DNA of 64,000 nt from an uncultured delta proteobacterium (GTDB lineage: Bacteria > Desulfobacterota > Desulfuromonadia > Geobacterales > DSM-12255). A model generated the notes under the pieces. It did no database searches, was not told the origin of the DNA, and worked only from the letters and a program-made list of their open reading frames with translations. Location of the stretch: assembly GCA_963787125.1 (NCBI GenBank), contig CAWBBV010000012.1:96001-160000 (forward strand), read 5' to 3'. Positions 1 to 10,121 of this stretch are shown here, piece after piece (within the stretch, counting starts at the first letter, position 1; every line of letters begins with the position of its first letter). The position numbers were made by a program, and so were the translations under genes.

Positions 1-30
1 GCGGTATGTAAAAATGGACAGGAGAAAATA

Positions 31-813
31 ATGATACATCAAACAGCAGTAATCTCTCCAGGAGCAGAGCTTGCAGAAGACGTTGAAATCGGTCCGTTTG
101 CAGTTATTGGCGCAAATGTAAAGATCGGTAAGGGGACGAAGATAGGCTCTAATACTGTGATCGACGGCTGGACGACGATTGGTGAGAATAACCGGATATC
201 TCAGCTTGTCTCAATAGGCGCGCCGCCACAGGATATCAAATATAAGGGCGAAGCTACAACTCTGGAAATCGGCAACGGAAATATTATTCGTGAATTTGTG
301 ACCATGCATCTTGGATCACCTTCCGGCAGGGGAAAAACTACTGTGGGCAACAACAATATGTTTATGTCGTATGTGCACATTGCCCATGATTGTCAAGTCG
401 GTAGTAACGTCATAATGGCCAACTCCGCCACGCTTGCCGGTCACGTTACCGTCGAAAATAACGTAATATTTGGTGGTCTTTGCGCAATTCATCAGTTTAC
501 GCGAATTGGTGAGTTTGCAATGATCGGTGGCGGTACCATGGTAGGTCAGGATATACTCCCCTACACTATTGCCACCTCCGAGGAGAAGCGCGCTGCAAAA
601 CTGCGAGGGTTAAATCTGATTGGTCTTAAACGCAATGGTTTTAGTGATGAGTTAATCAGAGACATCAAGACTATGTACAAAACGGTTGTTCTCTCCGGAC
701 TCAAACAGCCTGACGCTATTGTCAGGATACAAAACCTTGTCAGGCAGTCGCCACAGAGAGATCATTTTCTCGAATTTATCGAAGGTTCAAAGCGGGGAAT
801 CTGTAAAAAATGA
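31..813 (+). CDS. lpxA: Acyl-ACP--UDP-N-acetylglucosamine O-acyltransferase
   Basis: Hexapeptide repeats, GAPPQDIKY and HIAHDC motifs; GGAG RBS upstream; precedes lpxB. Confidence 0.96.
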   Translation: MIHQTAVISPGAELAEDVEIGPFAVIGANVKIGKGTKIGSNTVIDGWTTIGENNRISQLVSIGAPPQDIKYKGEATTLEIGNGNIIREFVTMHLGSPSGRGKTTVGNNNMFMSYVHIAHDCQVGSNVIMANSATLAGHVTVENNVIFGGLCAIHQFTRIGEFAMIGGGTMVGQDILPYTIATSEEKRAAKLRGLNLIGLKRNGFSDELIRDIKTMYKTVVLSGLKQPDAIVRIQNLVRQSPQRDHFLEFIEGSKRGICKK

Positions 814-1778
814 AAAAGCTACGTGCCGCAGTGATTGGGGTTGGCTATCTCGGTAATTTTCATGCTCAAAAATACGCTTCTCTGCAGAATGTTGAGTTGG
901 TTGGTGTTTCCGACAGCGATGCTTCAAGGTGTGCTGAAATTGCTTCAGCCCTCGGAACTGTTGCTTTTCCTGATTATCGTGATCTTGCCGGGAAAATCGA
1001 CATTGTCAGTATAGTTGTACCTACAAGTCTGCATCATGAAGTTACAGCTTTTTTCCTTGATAAAAACACTCATGTTCTGCTTGAAAAACCGATAACAACG
1101 ACTGTTACTGAGGCAAAAGATCTCATAGCTACTGCTGCAACAAAGGGTCTTGTCCTCCAGGTCGGGCATCTTGAACGCTTCAATCCAGCCCTTGCTGCTG
1201 TGCGCGATATTATATGCAGGCCTGGATTTATCGATGTAACAAGAGTTGCACCATACAAGCCACGTGGCACAGACGTAAGTATTGTGCTTGATCTTATGGT
1301 GCATGACCTTGATATCGTCAGTACAATTATCGGCTCTAAAGTCAAATCACTCAGTGCATCAGGTGCCTGTGTCTACAGTGTTACTCCTGATATTGCCAAT
1401 GCCAGGATCGAATTTGAAAATGGTGCAGTGGCTAATTTAACGGCAAGTCGCATCAGCCTGAAAAGTGACCGAAGTATGCGAATCTTTCAAGACGATGCGT
1501 TTATCTCGGTCGACTTTCAGAATCGAAAAGCGACTATTTATCGTAAAGGCGAGGGTGAATCCGCTCCCGGTGTCCCTGCCGTGTCAGTTGAGGAGCTTGA
1601 GATCCCCTCAAAGGATCAAATCCTTGCCGAAATTGAGGCTTTCATTGAGTCCGTCCAGACTGGCAACCCGGCAGTAGTAACTGGTGAGGATGGTATGAAG
1701 GCGCTGGAAACGGCTCTTTTGATAGAAGAGAAAATCAAGGAAAATACTTCAATACTTCAGAGACGGAGTTTGAGTTGA
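810..1778 (+). CDS. Gfo/Idh/MocA NAD-dependent oxidoreductase, probable UDP-GlcNAc 3-dehydrogenase (GnnA-like)
   Basis: GVGYLG Rossmann motif, EKP, GHLERFNP, DLMVHDLD; lies between lpxA and lpxB like gnnA. Confidence 0.8.
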   Translation: MKKLRAAVIGVGYLGNFHAQKYASLQNVELVGVSDSDASRCAEIASALGTVAFPDYRDLAGKIDIVSIVVPTSLHHEVTAFFLDKNTHVLLEKPITTTVTEAKDLIATAATKGLVLQVGHLERFNPALAAVRDIICRPGFIDVTRVAPYKPRGTDVSIVLDLMVHDLDIVSTIIGSKVKSLSASGACVYSVTPDIANARIEFENGAVANLTASRISLKSDRSMRIFQDDAFISVDFQNRKATIYRKGEGESAPGVPAVSVEELEIPSKDQILAEIEAFIESVQTGNPAVVTGEDGMKALETALLIEEKIKENTSILQRRSLS

Positions 1779-1782
1779 GCAA

Positions 1783-2925
1783 ATGTATAAATCTGTCATG
1801 ATAGTCGCCGGAGAGGCCTCCGGTGATATGTACGGCGCAAGAGTTGTTGAAGAGGCGCACCGGCTCGATTCGTCGGTGCGCTTCTTAGGTATTGGTGGGG
1901 TTGCAATGCGCCGGGCAGGGGTAGTGACTCTGGTCGATTCAAGTGAGATGGCAGTTATGGGCCTCTTTGAAATAATCTCTCACATCGGCGTAATCTACAA
2001 AGCGTTCAGACTGCTTAAATCCAGACTCCTCAATGAAAAGATTGATCTGCTTATACTTATCGACTATCCGGGCTTTAACCTTCGTCTTGCCGCTGTGGCG
2101 AAACAAGCCGGGATAAAAGTTCTCTATTACATAACTCCACAGGTCTGGGCATGGCATTCAAGCCGTGCAAAAAAAATTGCCAGACTGGTTGATCATGCCG
2201 CAGTTATACTCCCGTTCGAAGCCCCGTTTTTTGAGCGTGTTGGGCTTCCGGTGACTTTTGTCGGTCATCCACTATTGGACATGGCTGTTGCAACAATGTC
2301 AAAACAAGATGCGCAGCTTGAATTCGGACTTGATCCTCTTCTGGCAACAGTCGGTCTGTTCCCTGGGAGCAGAAAAAGAGAGATAAGTACTCTTTTGCCA
2401 ATCATGCTTGCTGCCGCCAAATTGCTTAAAAAGCATTTTCCTGAACTGCAATTTATTATTCCTATAGCTGTTTCGGTTGATCGGAACCTTGTAGCTGATA
2501 AAGTTGCTGAATCGGGTCTTGAAGTAAAGCTTGTTAACGGTAAAAACTATGATGTTATGCAGACGTGCGATGCGATCATCGCTGCTTCCGGTACAGTCAC
2601 AATGGAGATTGCGCTGTTCGGGATACCGATGGTGATAATATACAAAATGGCCCCTCTTTCATATGCAATCGGCAGCAGACTCCTGAAAGTCGACCACGTC
2701 GGTATCTGTAATATTGTTGCCGGAGAACGTATTGTGCCAGAACTACTTCAGGATGAAGCTGAACCACAAAAAATTGCTGCCGAGATTAGAGCATTTCTTG
2801 ATAATGCCAATTACAGCCGTTTGGTAAGAGATAAGCTGCTTAATGTAAAGCAGAAACTGGGAGAGCCAGGAGCGCCTCTAAGGGTAGCAAAACTAGCTCT
2901 AAAGATGATGGGCCAAGAGGTATAA
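1783..2925 (+). CDS. lpxB: Lipid-A-disaccharide synthase
   Basis: AGEASGD, IDYPGFN, PQVWAW, FVGHPL, PGSR, ASGT motifs. Confidence 0.97.
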   Translation: MYKSVMIVAGEASGDMYGARVVEEAHRLDSSVRFLGIGGVAMRRAGVVTLVDSSEMAVMGLFEIISHIGVIYKAFRLLKSRLLNEKIDLLILIDYPGFNLRLAAVAKQAGIKVLYYITPQVWAWHSSRAKKIARLVDHAAVILPFEAPFFERVGLPVTFVGHPLLDMAVATMSKQDAQLEFGLDPLLATVGLFPGSRKREISTLLPIMLAAAKLLKKHFPELQFIIPIAVSVDRNLVADKVAESGLEVKLVNGKNYDVMQTCDAIIAASGTVTMEIALFGIPMVIIYKMAPLSYAIGSRLLKVDHVGICNIVAGERIVPELLQDEAEPQKIAAEIRAFLDNANYSRLVRDKLLNVKQKLGEPGAPLRVAKLALKMMGQEV

Positions 2926-4640
2926 TGGAACTTTTAAAACGTGTATTTTCATATAGTAAAGTCTACTGGCGCCGTCTTGTTATTGCGGCTCTTGCCTCAA
3001 TCGGCGTCGGAGCCATGGATGGTGCTTTTGCCTGGATGGTTGAACCGCTGCTTAAGAAAGTTTTTGCTGAAAAACAACTGACGATCTTGACTTTGCTCCC
3101 TTTTGTGATTTTGATTATCTTCCTCTTTCGTGGTATGTGTCGATTTCTTAACGACTACTTCATGAAGACAGCTGGGCAGCTTGCCGTACAGAAGATACGT
3201 AACGATGTTTACGAAAGGAGCATGAGACTCTCACTGGGGTTTTTCAACAAGCAGTCGACTGGCGTTCTGATGTCACGGATTCTTAATGATGTCAATGCAA
3301 TGCAGGACGGGATTGCAAATATTATAACCGGTATCTTTCGTGACGGTTTCTCAGCAATAGCTCTGCTGACAGTCATATTTTACAGGAACTGGCAACTTGC
3401 AATTATTTCTTTTCTGGTACTTCCCGCAACAGTCTATCCAGCTCAGCTTATAGGTAAGAAAATTAAACTTCTCTCAAGAATGGGTCAGGAGAAGATGGGT
3501 GATGTTTCCAGTGTTCTTCAGGAAACTTTTTCCGGTGTTAAGGTAATCAAGGCTTTTGGACTTGAAGACAGAGAGATTGATAAATTCAAGAGTAAAAATC
3601 TTCAATTTTACAGTTATGTTCGTAAATCTATTAAGTATGAGGCTCTTACCGCGCCGTTAATGGAAGGAATAACCTCGATTGGTATTGCCGGTGTTATCTG
3701 GTATGGCGGTTATACTGTTATTTCAGGGAAAATGACCAGTGCAGAATTATTCTCCTTTATAACTGCAATGGCTTTAGTCTACTCCCCTGTCAGGAAGTTG
3801 ATAAATTCCTATAATATTCTGCAACGATCTATGGGGGCAGCAGAACGAGTCTTTGAGATTATAGACTGCAAACCTGATATTGTTGATCCGCTTGACCCTG
3901 TCTCTATAGACAGGGTGCAAGGTGTCGTCAGATACGACAACGTCTCTTTTAAATATGATAAAGAGCCGGTTATTCAAGGTATTACTGTAGAAGCTGAAAG
4001 AGGGCAGATTATCGCGCTTGTAGGTCCGTCAGGAGGAGGAAAGACGACTCTCGTTTCGCTTCTTACCAGGTTTTATGATGTTACCGGTGGGGCAGTGCTG
4101 ATTGACGGTATTGATGTGAGGCAGCTTAAAGTACGGGATCTTCTCCGCCAGATTGCGCTTGTTGATCAGGAAACGATTCTCTTCAACGACACAATTGCCA
4201 ATAATATCCGTTATGGCAACAGTATTGGAACTGCTGCCGAGGTGGAGGCCGCGGCACGAGCCGCTTTTGCTCATGATTTTATCCTGGAGATGCCTGACGG
4301 TTACGAGACCAACATTGGTGACCGTGGTGTTCGTTTATCCGGTGGTCAGCGACAACGTCTCTGTATTGCCAGGGCAATACTCAAGGATGCTCCCATACTG
4401 ATTCTCGATGAGGCAACCAGCGCACTTGATACCGAAAGTGAACAGATGGTGCAGGGTGCTCTGAACAATCTGATGAAAAACAGAACGACTTTTGTTATCG
4501 CCCACAGACTTTCCACTGTTCTGCATGCAGACAAAATTGTTGTTCTTGAGTCGGGTACAGTAGTTGAGTCAGGTACCCACTCCGAATTGATTAAAAAGCA
4601 TGGTCTTTATAAAAAACTTTATGCTATGCAGTTCGAGTAA
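2925..4640 (+). CDS. msbA: Lipid A export ABC transporter (permease + ATPase)
   Basis: TM domain, Walker A GPSGGGKT, LSGGQRQR, DEATSALD; lipid A context. Confidence 0.93.
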   Translation: MELLKRVFSYSKVYWRRLVIAALASIGVGAMDGAFAWMVEPLLKKVFAEKQLTILTLLPFVILIIFLFRGMCRFLNDYFMKTAGQLAVQKIRNDVYERSMRLSLGFFNKQSTGVLMSRILNDVNAMQDGIANIITGIFRDGFSAIALLTVIFYRNWQLAIISFLVLPATVYPAQLIGKKIKLLSRMGQEKMGDVSSVLQETFSGVKVIKAFGLEDREIDKFKSKNLQFYSYVRKSIKYEALTAPLMEGITSIGIAGVIWYGGYTVISGKMTSAELFSFITAMALVYSPVRKLINSYNILQRSMGAAERVFEIIDCKPDIVDPLDPVSIDRVQGVVRYDNVSFKYDKEPVIQGITVEAERGQIIALVGPSGGGKTTLVSLLTRFYDVTGGAVLIDGIDVRQLKVRDLLRQIALVDQETILFNDTIANNIRYGNSIGTAAEVEAAARAAFAHDFILEMPDGYETNIGDRGVRLSGGQRQRLCIARAILKDAPILILDEATSALDTESEQMVQGALNNLMKNRTTFVIAHRLSTVLHADKIVVLESGTVVESGTHSELIKKHGLYKKLYAMQFE

Positions 4641-4643
4641 GCT

Positions 4644-5318
4644 ATGAAGGATCTTTGGCGAAAAATAGTTTTCTGGTTTACCGGATCGTTTGGTGCTGAC
4701 CTTCTCCACGGACTGATTTGTCTCATCTACAAAAGTATGAGAGTTACTTTTATCGGTCAAGAAGCCTACAAGGATCTGGTTACAACTGAAAGCGGGGTTA
4801 TTGGTGTTTTCTGGCATGGACGGATGCTTCTCATGCCATTTTTGTATCCAGGACACTCAATCAGCATTTTGATAAGTGCACATCGTGACGGTGAAATCAT
4901 TGCAAATGTAATGAAACGTTTCGGTTATGGTTTAGTACGTGGCTCAAGTAAAAGTGGCGGAAGTGCTGCGTTGCGAGGGATACTCAAACTTTTGAAAAAT
5001 GGTCACGATATCGGTATCACCCCTGATGGTCCAAGGGGGCCTGCCGAGATTGTAACGGCTGGTGTTGCAGAAGTTGCCAGACTCTCAGGGAAATACATCA
5101 TCCCGACTGCATACAGCGCCAAACCATGTATAAGAGCAGCCAGTTGGGACAGATTCATGATTCCGCTCCCGTTTTCACGAGTGGTACTTTATGCAGGCAC
5201 TCCTCTTCGCTACGAAGAGGGTGAGGATATGGAAAGTTTCAGATACAGGATCGAAGCCGCCATGAAGGAGACAACTGATGCAGCTGACAGGTTTGTCAGC
5301 TCACCTGTCAGGATTTGA
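4644..5318 (+). CDS. DUF374 lysophospholipid-acyltransferase-superfamily protein (LpxJ-like secondary lipid A acyltransferase candidate)
   Basis: FWHGR, SAHRDGE, RGSS, TPDGPRGP, SWDRF motifs; between msbA and waaA. Confidence 0.8.
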   Translation: MKDLWRKIVFWFTGSFGADLLHGLICLIYKSMRVTFIGQEAYKDLVTTESGVIGVFWHGRMLLMPFLYPGHSISILISAHRDGEIIANVMKRFGYGLVRGSSKSGGSAALRGILKLLKNGHDIGITPDGPRGPAEIVTAGVAEVARLSGKYIIPTAYSAKPCIRAASWDRFMIPLPFSRVVLYAGTPLRYEEGEDMESFRYRIEAAMKETTDAADRFVSSPVRI

Positions 5319-5320
5319 CC

Positions 5321-6616
5321 ATGTATTTTCTCTACAACCTTGTCCTGATTCTCATAGCCCCATGTCTCGTTATTTACCACACTTACCGTTCAATTAGCCG
5401 CGGTCGTCCCACCGCACTTGGGCAGCGTTTCGGCTTTTTGGATGCTAATATTCTCCAGCTGTTAGATGGACGACGCCCGATCTGGGTTCACGCTGTTTCT
5501 GTAGGTGAAACCATTGCGGTAAAGCCGCTGCTTGTTGTATTAAAGCAGCGGTATCCTGACAAGCCTATTATCCTCTCAAATATGACAGAAACAGGCAGGG
5601 GGGTTGCCAGGTCGATTAAAGAGGTGGACGGTTGCATCTATTTTCTGTTTGATTATCCTTTGGCAGTCCGTCGCTTGCTCAAAAAGATTAATCCATGCCT
5701 GGTCATAATTGTTGAAACAGAGCTCTGGCCTAATTTCCTCCGACAAACCGGAAAACTGCAGATACCAGTAATGATAGTCAATGGTCGAATTTCAGACCGC
5801 TCATACAAACGCTACCTTGGCTTGAGGAAATTCTTTTTGCCCGTGCTGCAAAATATTACAACCTTTTGCATGCAAAGCAGACTGGATGCAGAGCGTATAA
5901 CCGCTATTGGGGCACCAGCAGAGAGTGTTGCTGTCAGTCGTAATCTGAAGTTTGATATACCGGTAAAGCGTTATTCAGATAAAGAGTTGGCCGAGATTCG
6001 CTCCAAATTCAGGATTGATAGTTCTTGTCAGATTTTGACTGCCGGCAGTACACATCAAGGGGAAGAAGAACTGCTTCTTGATGCTTTTTTACAAATTACA
6101 ACCAGCGGTAAACAACTGATATTAATCCTTGTACCGCGCCACCCGGAGCGTGCTGCTGACGTTTGCATGCTTCTGCAAAAAAAAGGCATGTCATATCAAA
6201 AACGCTCATCTTTAACCGCAGCTTCAAACTGCTTTAATCCAGGTGAAGTTCTCCTTGTCGATACAATAGGTGAGCTATTACCTTTGTATGCTGTTGCAGA
6301 TCTGGTTTTTGTAGGTGGTAGTCTTGTCCCCGTTGGCGGGCATAATCTTCTTGAACCAGCTTCGCTGGGACGACCTGTACTGTTTGGCAGTTGTATGTCA
6401 AATTTTCGTGAGATTGCTGCCATGACGCTTGAATATGGAGCAGGTTTGCAGATCAACTCTCTCGCAGAACTGGTGATCACTGCCACCGCACTGCTTGCTG
6501 ATGAAGGTCGCTGTCGAACCATGGGAGACAACGGTCGCCGGATTATTGCTGAGCAGGGCGGAGCGACCGAGCTTATTATGGCAGAGATAGATGAAATCTT
6601 GAAGGGTGAAGCGTGA
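5321..6616 (+). CDS. waaA: Kdo transferase
   Basis: WVHAVSVGE, ETELWPN, VPRHPER, GGHNLLEPA; ATG at 5321 preferred over TTG 5315. Confidence 0.95.
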   Translation: MYFLYNLVLILIAPCLVIYHTYRSISRGRPTALGQRFGFLDANILQLLDGRRPIWVHAVSVGETIAVKPLLVVLKQRYPDKPIILSNMTETGRGVARSIKEVDGCIYFLFDYPLAVRRLLKKINPCLVIIVETELWPNFLRQTGKLQIPVMIVNGRISDRSYKRYLGLRKFFLPVLQNITTFCMQSRLDAERITAIGAPAESVAVSRNLKFDIPVKRYSDKELAEIRSKFRIDSSCQILTAGSTHQGEEELLLDAFLQITTSGKQLILILVPRHPERAADVCMLLQKKGMSYQKRSSLTAASNCFNPGEVLLVDTIGELLPLYAVADLVFVGGSLVPVGGHNLLEPASLGRPVLFGSCMSNFREIAAMTLEYGAGLQINSLAELVITATALLADEGRCRTMGDNGRRIIAEQGGATELIMAEIDEILKGEA

Positions 6617-7695
6617 AGGGCGAAGAGTACTTTAAAAAACTGATCATGGGTGGGAATCTATCAGTTATTGACTCACTGGTGTTTTTTATACTGAGGCAAG
6701 TTTCTTTTTTATATTCTCTTGCAATGATTATTCGCGTTATTTTATACCGCATTGGTATTTTCCGCGTGTATTCTCTTCCCAAACCGGTAATTTCGGTAGG
6801 AAACCTGGTAGTTGGTGGCACAGGTAAGACCCCGGTGACTCTCTGGATCGCCAGTTATCTGATGAACTGCGGACATAAAGTAGCTGTTCTTACACGTGGC
6901 TATGGTGGCAGATTTGAAGGAGAAGTTGCAGTTGTCTCTGATGGGAAAAAACGCCTTCTATCTGCTGAGGATGCCGGTGATGAACCAGCACTGCTTGCCG
7001 ATCTTCTGCCGGGTCTTATTGTTGTTATGGGCAGTGACAGGTACAAGGCGGGTTGCTTGGCCATGGAAAAATTTAGTCCCGATATTTTTATTCTTGATGA
7101 CGGCTTTCAGCATATAAGGCTCAAGCGTGATTTAAATATTCTCTTGCTTGATGCTGAAAAACCACTGGGAAACGGGAGAGTTTTCCCGGCCGGTACTCTC
7201 CGCGAACCTGCTTTAGCCTCAAAAAGAGCCGATGTAGCGATTTTTACCAGGTGTGACGAACGCACGAACCCTGCAGCTATAGGTAATGAAGCGACCATCC
7301 AGTTAAGGGCCGCCCACAAATTGACCGGTTTCAGGCAAACGGTTGCAGGAGATGTATCAAATTTCAGTGGCTTAGCAGCAAAAAGAGGTATCGCTTTTGC
7401 CGGCATTGCTGATCCAGATAAATTTTATACTTCTCTTGAGCAAGTCGGGTTAAAGCTTGTCGCAACGCTCTCTTTTCCTGATCACACGAAATACGGTGAG
7501 GGCGAGACTGCAGCACTTGCAAAACTAAGGTTGTCGACGCGAGCTGAATATCTTATAACTACAGCAAAAGATGCCGTAAAGCTTGGATCCGTTCTTGATG
7601 AAAGTATCCCGTTTTATATAGCGGCTCTGGAAATTGATTTTTTTGAAAAGGATTTATTTGAAAAGGCTCTGGATAATCTAATTTTAAGCAGGTGA
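6613..7695 (+). CDS. lpxK: Tetraacyldisaccharide 4'-kinase
   Basis: VGNLVVGGTGKTP, RGYG, GDEP, DDGFQH, FPDH. Confidence 0.96.
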   Translation: MKGEEYFKKLIMGGNLSVIDSLVFFILRQVSFLYSLAMIIRVILYRIGIFRVYSLPKPVISVGNLVVGGTGKTPVTLWIASYLMNCGHKVAVLTRGYGGRFEGEVAVVSDGKKRLLSAEDAGDEPALLADLLPGLIVVMGSDRYKAGCLAMEKFSPDIFILDDGFQHIRLKRDLNILLLDAEKPLGNGRVFPAGTLREPALASKRADVAIFTRCDERTNPAAIGNEATIQLRAAHKLTGFRQTVAGDVSNFSGLAAKRGIAFAGIADPDKFYTSLEQVGLKLVATLSFPDHTKYGEGETAALAKLRLSTRAEYLITTAKDAVKLGSVLDESIPFYIAALEIDFFEKDLFEKALDNLILSR

Positions 7696-7699
7696 AGTT

Positions 7700-7867
7700 A
7701 TGGCAATATCTGAAAAACTTGTTGCAATACTGGTCTGTCCCAAGTGTAAAGGCAATCTTCGGCATATTCCTGAAAAACCCTCACTTGACTGCACTTCCTG
7801 TAAGCTCAGCTATCCGATTCGGGAGGATATTCCAGTAATGTTGATAGATGAAGCGGAGAATCTTTAA
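7700..7867 (+). CDS. Trm112/YcaR family small protein (55 aa; absent from ORF track)
   Basis: Manual translation MAISEKLVAILVCPKCKGNL...CTSCKLSYPIREDIPVMLIDEAENL*; usual position after lpxK. Confidence 0.9.
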   Translation: MAISEKLVAILVCPKCKGNLRHIPEKPSLDCTSCKLSYPIREDIPVMLIDEAENL

Positions 7868-8914
7868 TTGCGCGTTCTCATCATAAAAACATCAGCTCTT
7901 GGTGATATTGTTCACGCGCTTCCAGTTCTGGATTTTCTGATCAAAGCATCCCCTGGAATTGAAATCGACTGGGTTGTCGAGGAGCGTTTTGTTGATATTC
8001 TTTCAGGTAATCCCCGTTTGACCAATCTTTTCACAATTGATACTAAAAAATGGCGAAAGAAGCTCTTCTCCCCAACAACATGGCGTGAAATTTCGGCTCT
8101 CAAAAATCGCCTTGCAGAGCGGCGCTATAATATTGTCTTTGATCTTCAGGGCAACATCAAGAGCGGACTGATTACGAAATTTTCCGGCTGCAGCAGGCGC
8201 TACGGTTTTGATGCAGATGCTGTGCGCGAGGCTGCCAATCTTCGTTTTACAACAAATCAAGTGCCTCTGCGAAAGCAGGATTATCATGTGACTGATCGGT
8301 CACTCAGGGTCGTTACCGTCCCTTTTGGGAGAGATTATACCGGAACCACGCTTGTAACCGAGATTACAACTTCACCTGAAGATGATCAGGCAGCTGAGTT
8401 GTTCATCACAACACTTCTTGATGGGTTGGTGTTTCTTTTTCATCCGGGTACTACCTGGAAAACCAAACTGTGGCACGAACAGGGGTGGATTGAACTCGGC
8501 AAAGAACTTACCGAAGCATATCCGGACGCGACCATCATCATTTCCTGGGGAGGCGAGCAGGAGAAGCGGGTTGCTGAAGACATTGCCAGTGGTATCGGCA
8601 GGCATACGAAACTGTTGCCACAGCTTTCCATCAAGGAGTTTACGGCAATTATAAAAAAAGTAGATCTTATGTTTGGCGGTGATACCGGACCTATCCATAT
8701 TGCTGCCGCTGTCGGCACTCCGACAGTCTCTTTTTACCGTGCCACTGACGGCAGGAGAAACGGACCGAGAGGCGATATTCACCGCATTGTTCAGTCACCA
8801 CTTCCATGTACCAAGTGCCTCCAGCGAGAGTGCACTACGGATATCAGTTGTCGTGAAAGCATACAGGTGAAGGCGATGTTCCAGTCAGCAATCGAATTAT
8901 TGGAGATCGCTTAA
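7868..8914 (+). CDS. waaC: LPS heptosyltransferase I (GT9)
   Basis: KTSALGDIVH, DLQGNIKS, DTGPIHIAAA; TTG start directly after Trm112 stop. Confidence 0.88.
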   Translation: MRVLIIKTSALGDIVHALPVLDFLIKASPGIEIDWVVEERFVDILSGNPRLTNLFTIDTKKWRKKLFSPTTWREISALKNRLAERRYNIVFDLQGNIKSGLITKFSGCSRRYGFDADAVREAANLRFTTNQVPLRKQDYHVTDRSLRVVTVPFGRDYTGTTLVTEITTSPEDDQAAELFITTLLDGLVFLFHPGTTWKTKLWHEQGWIELGKELTEAYPDATIIISWGGEQEKRVAEDIASGIGRHTKLLPQLSIKEFTAIIKKVDLMFGGDTGPIHIAAAVGTPTVSFYRATDGRRNGPRGDIHRIVQSPLPCTKCLQRECTTDISCRESIQVKAMFQSAIELLEIA

Positions 8915-8920
8915 ACGATA

Positions 8921-9982
8921 ATGACCGATAATTGCAAAAAAATACTGGTACTCCGTTATCGCTTCATCGGTGATACGATTCTTACCGTCCCTTTTTTAAG
9001 GAATCTCCGCTATGCAGAGCCTGAAGCTTTCATCGTCTGGGTGGTTGCTCCCGGTTCGTCAGAAGTAGTGGCCGGGATACCTTATGTTGATGAACTTATC
9101 TACTGGGACCCGGTTACAATTCATGCTGACAGTCGCGGCACACATAAGACTTTTGCCGATAAATTTGCCTTTATAATCAGGTTACGAGCTCTTAAATTTG
9201 ATAAGGTTTATGTCCTGAAACGTTCACTTGGCAGTGCTATTATGGCCTTTCTGAGTGGGGCTGCAGAGAGAGTTGGCTTTGCTACAGAAGGCCGAAGCTT
9301 CCTCCTTACCAAAAAAGTTCCCTATCGTCACGACCAGCATGAAGTGCAGAACTTTCTTGATGTTCTGAGGTATGATGATGTTCCGGTAATTGATGATCAT
9401 TTAGAGGCATGGCTTTCTGGTGAAGAAAATCAGTTCGCAGAGAAATTCTTCTCTGATGCCGGAATTAAAGATAGTGATACCTTGATCGGCATTCACCCTT
9501 TTGCTGCCAACCCCCCAAGAGCCTGGCATCTTGATAATTTTATAGATCTTGCAAATTATTTACAAAATGAACTAAATTGCCGCATCGTTTTTTTTGGCGG
9601 GTCGAGAGATGTTGAGGCCATCACATGCATTACAAGTCAACTCCTGCCACCACCCGTTCTTGCAATCGGTGGCACAACACTCAGGCAATCAATGGCTCTT
9701 ATAAAACGGCTAAAGCTGCTGGTTTGCAACGACAGCGGCATCATGCATCTTGCTGCGTCACTGCAAGTCCCTTTGGTGGCCCTGTTCGGACCGCAATCGC
9801 CGCTTAAATTCGGTCCGTGGGGTGAGAACAGCCGGGTTGTGTATAGTAAATTCCACTGTAGCCCATGCAAACAAAAGTTTTTTACTGAATGCGAACCGTC
9901 GCTGAGAGGGAAACCTGAGTGTCTGGAATCGATAACAGTCGCCCAAGTTATTGCTGAGGTCGCAGCTGTTATCACCAATTAA
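8921..9982 (+). CDS. waaF: LPS heptosyltransferase II-like (GT9)
   Basis: RFIGDTIL, NDSGIMHLAA, LFGP, C-terminal CSPC; follows waaC. Confidence 0.75.
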   Translation: MTDNCKKILVLRYRFIGDTILTVPFLRNLRYAEPEAFIVWVVAPGSSEVVAGIPYVDELIYWDPVTIHADSRGTHKTFADKFAFIIRLRALKFDKVYVLKRSLGSAIMAFLSGAAERVGFATEGRSFLLTKKVPYRHDQHEVQNFLDVLRYDDVPVIDDHLEAWLSGEENQFAEKFFSDAGIKDSDTLIGIHPFAANPPRAWHLDNFIDLANYLQNELNCRIVFFGGSRDVEAITCITSQLLPPPVLAIGGTTLRQSMALIKRLKLLVCNDSGIMHLAASLQVPLVALFGPQSPLKFGPWGENSRVVYSKFHCSPCKQKFFTECEPSLRGKPECLESITVAQVIAEVAAVITN

Positions 9983-10121
9983 GCAATTCATTGAATTAAT
10001 AGCTGCAAGCCAATAATGATTATATCTGCTGATCAGACTCACTGATACCTGGTGCGCCGAAATTATCCCTGATGTGATCATTTCAGGATTGAAGTACGTT
10101 GCCGTTAAGGGGTGAGTCATT

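Noticed and set aside
9983..10121. Weak inverted repeat in the waaF-GT9 gap
   Set aside because: Short imperfect stem, expected by chance.
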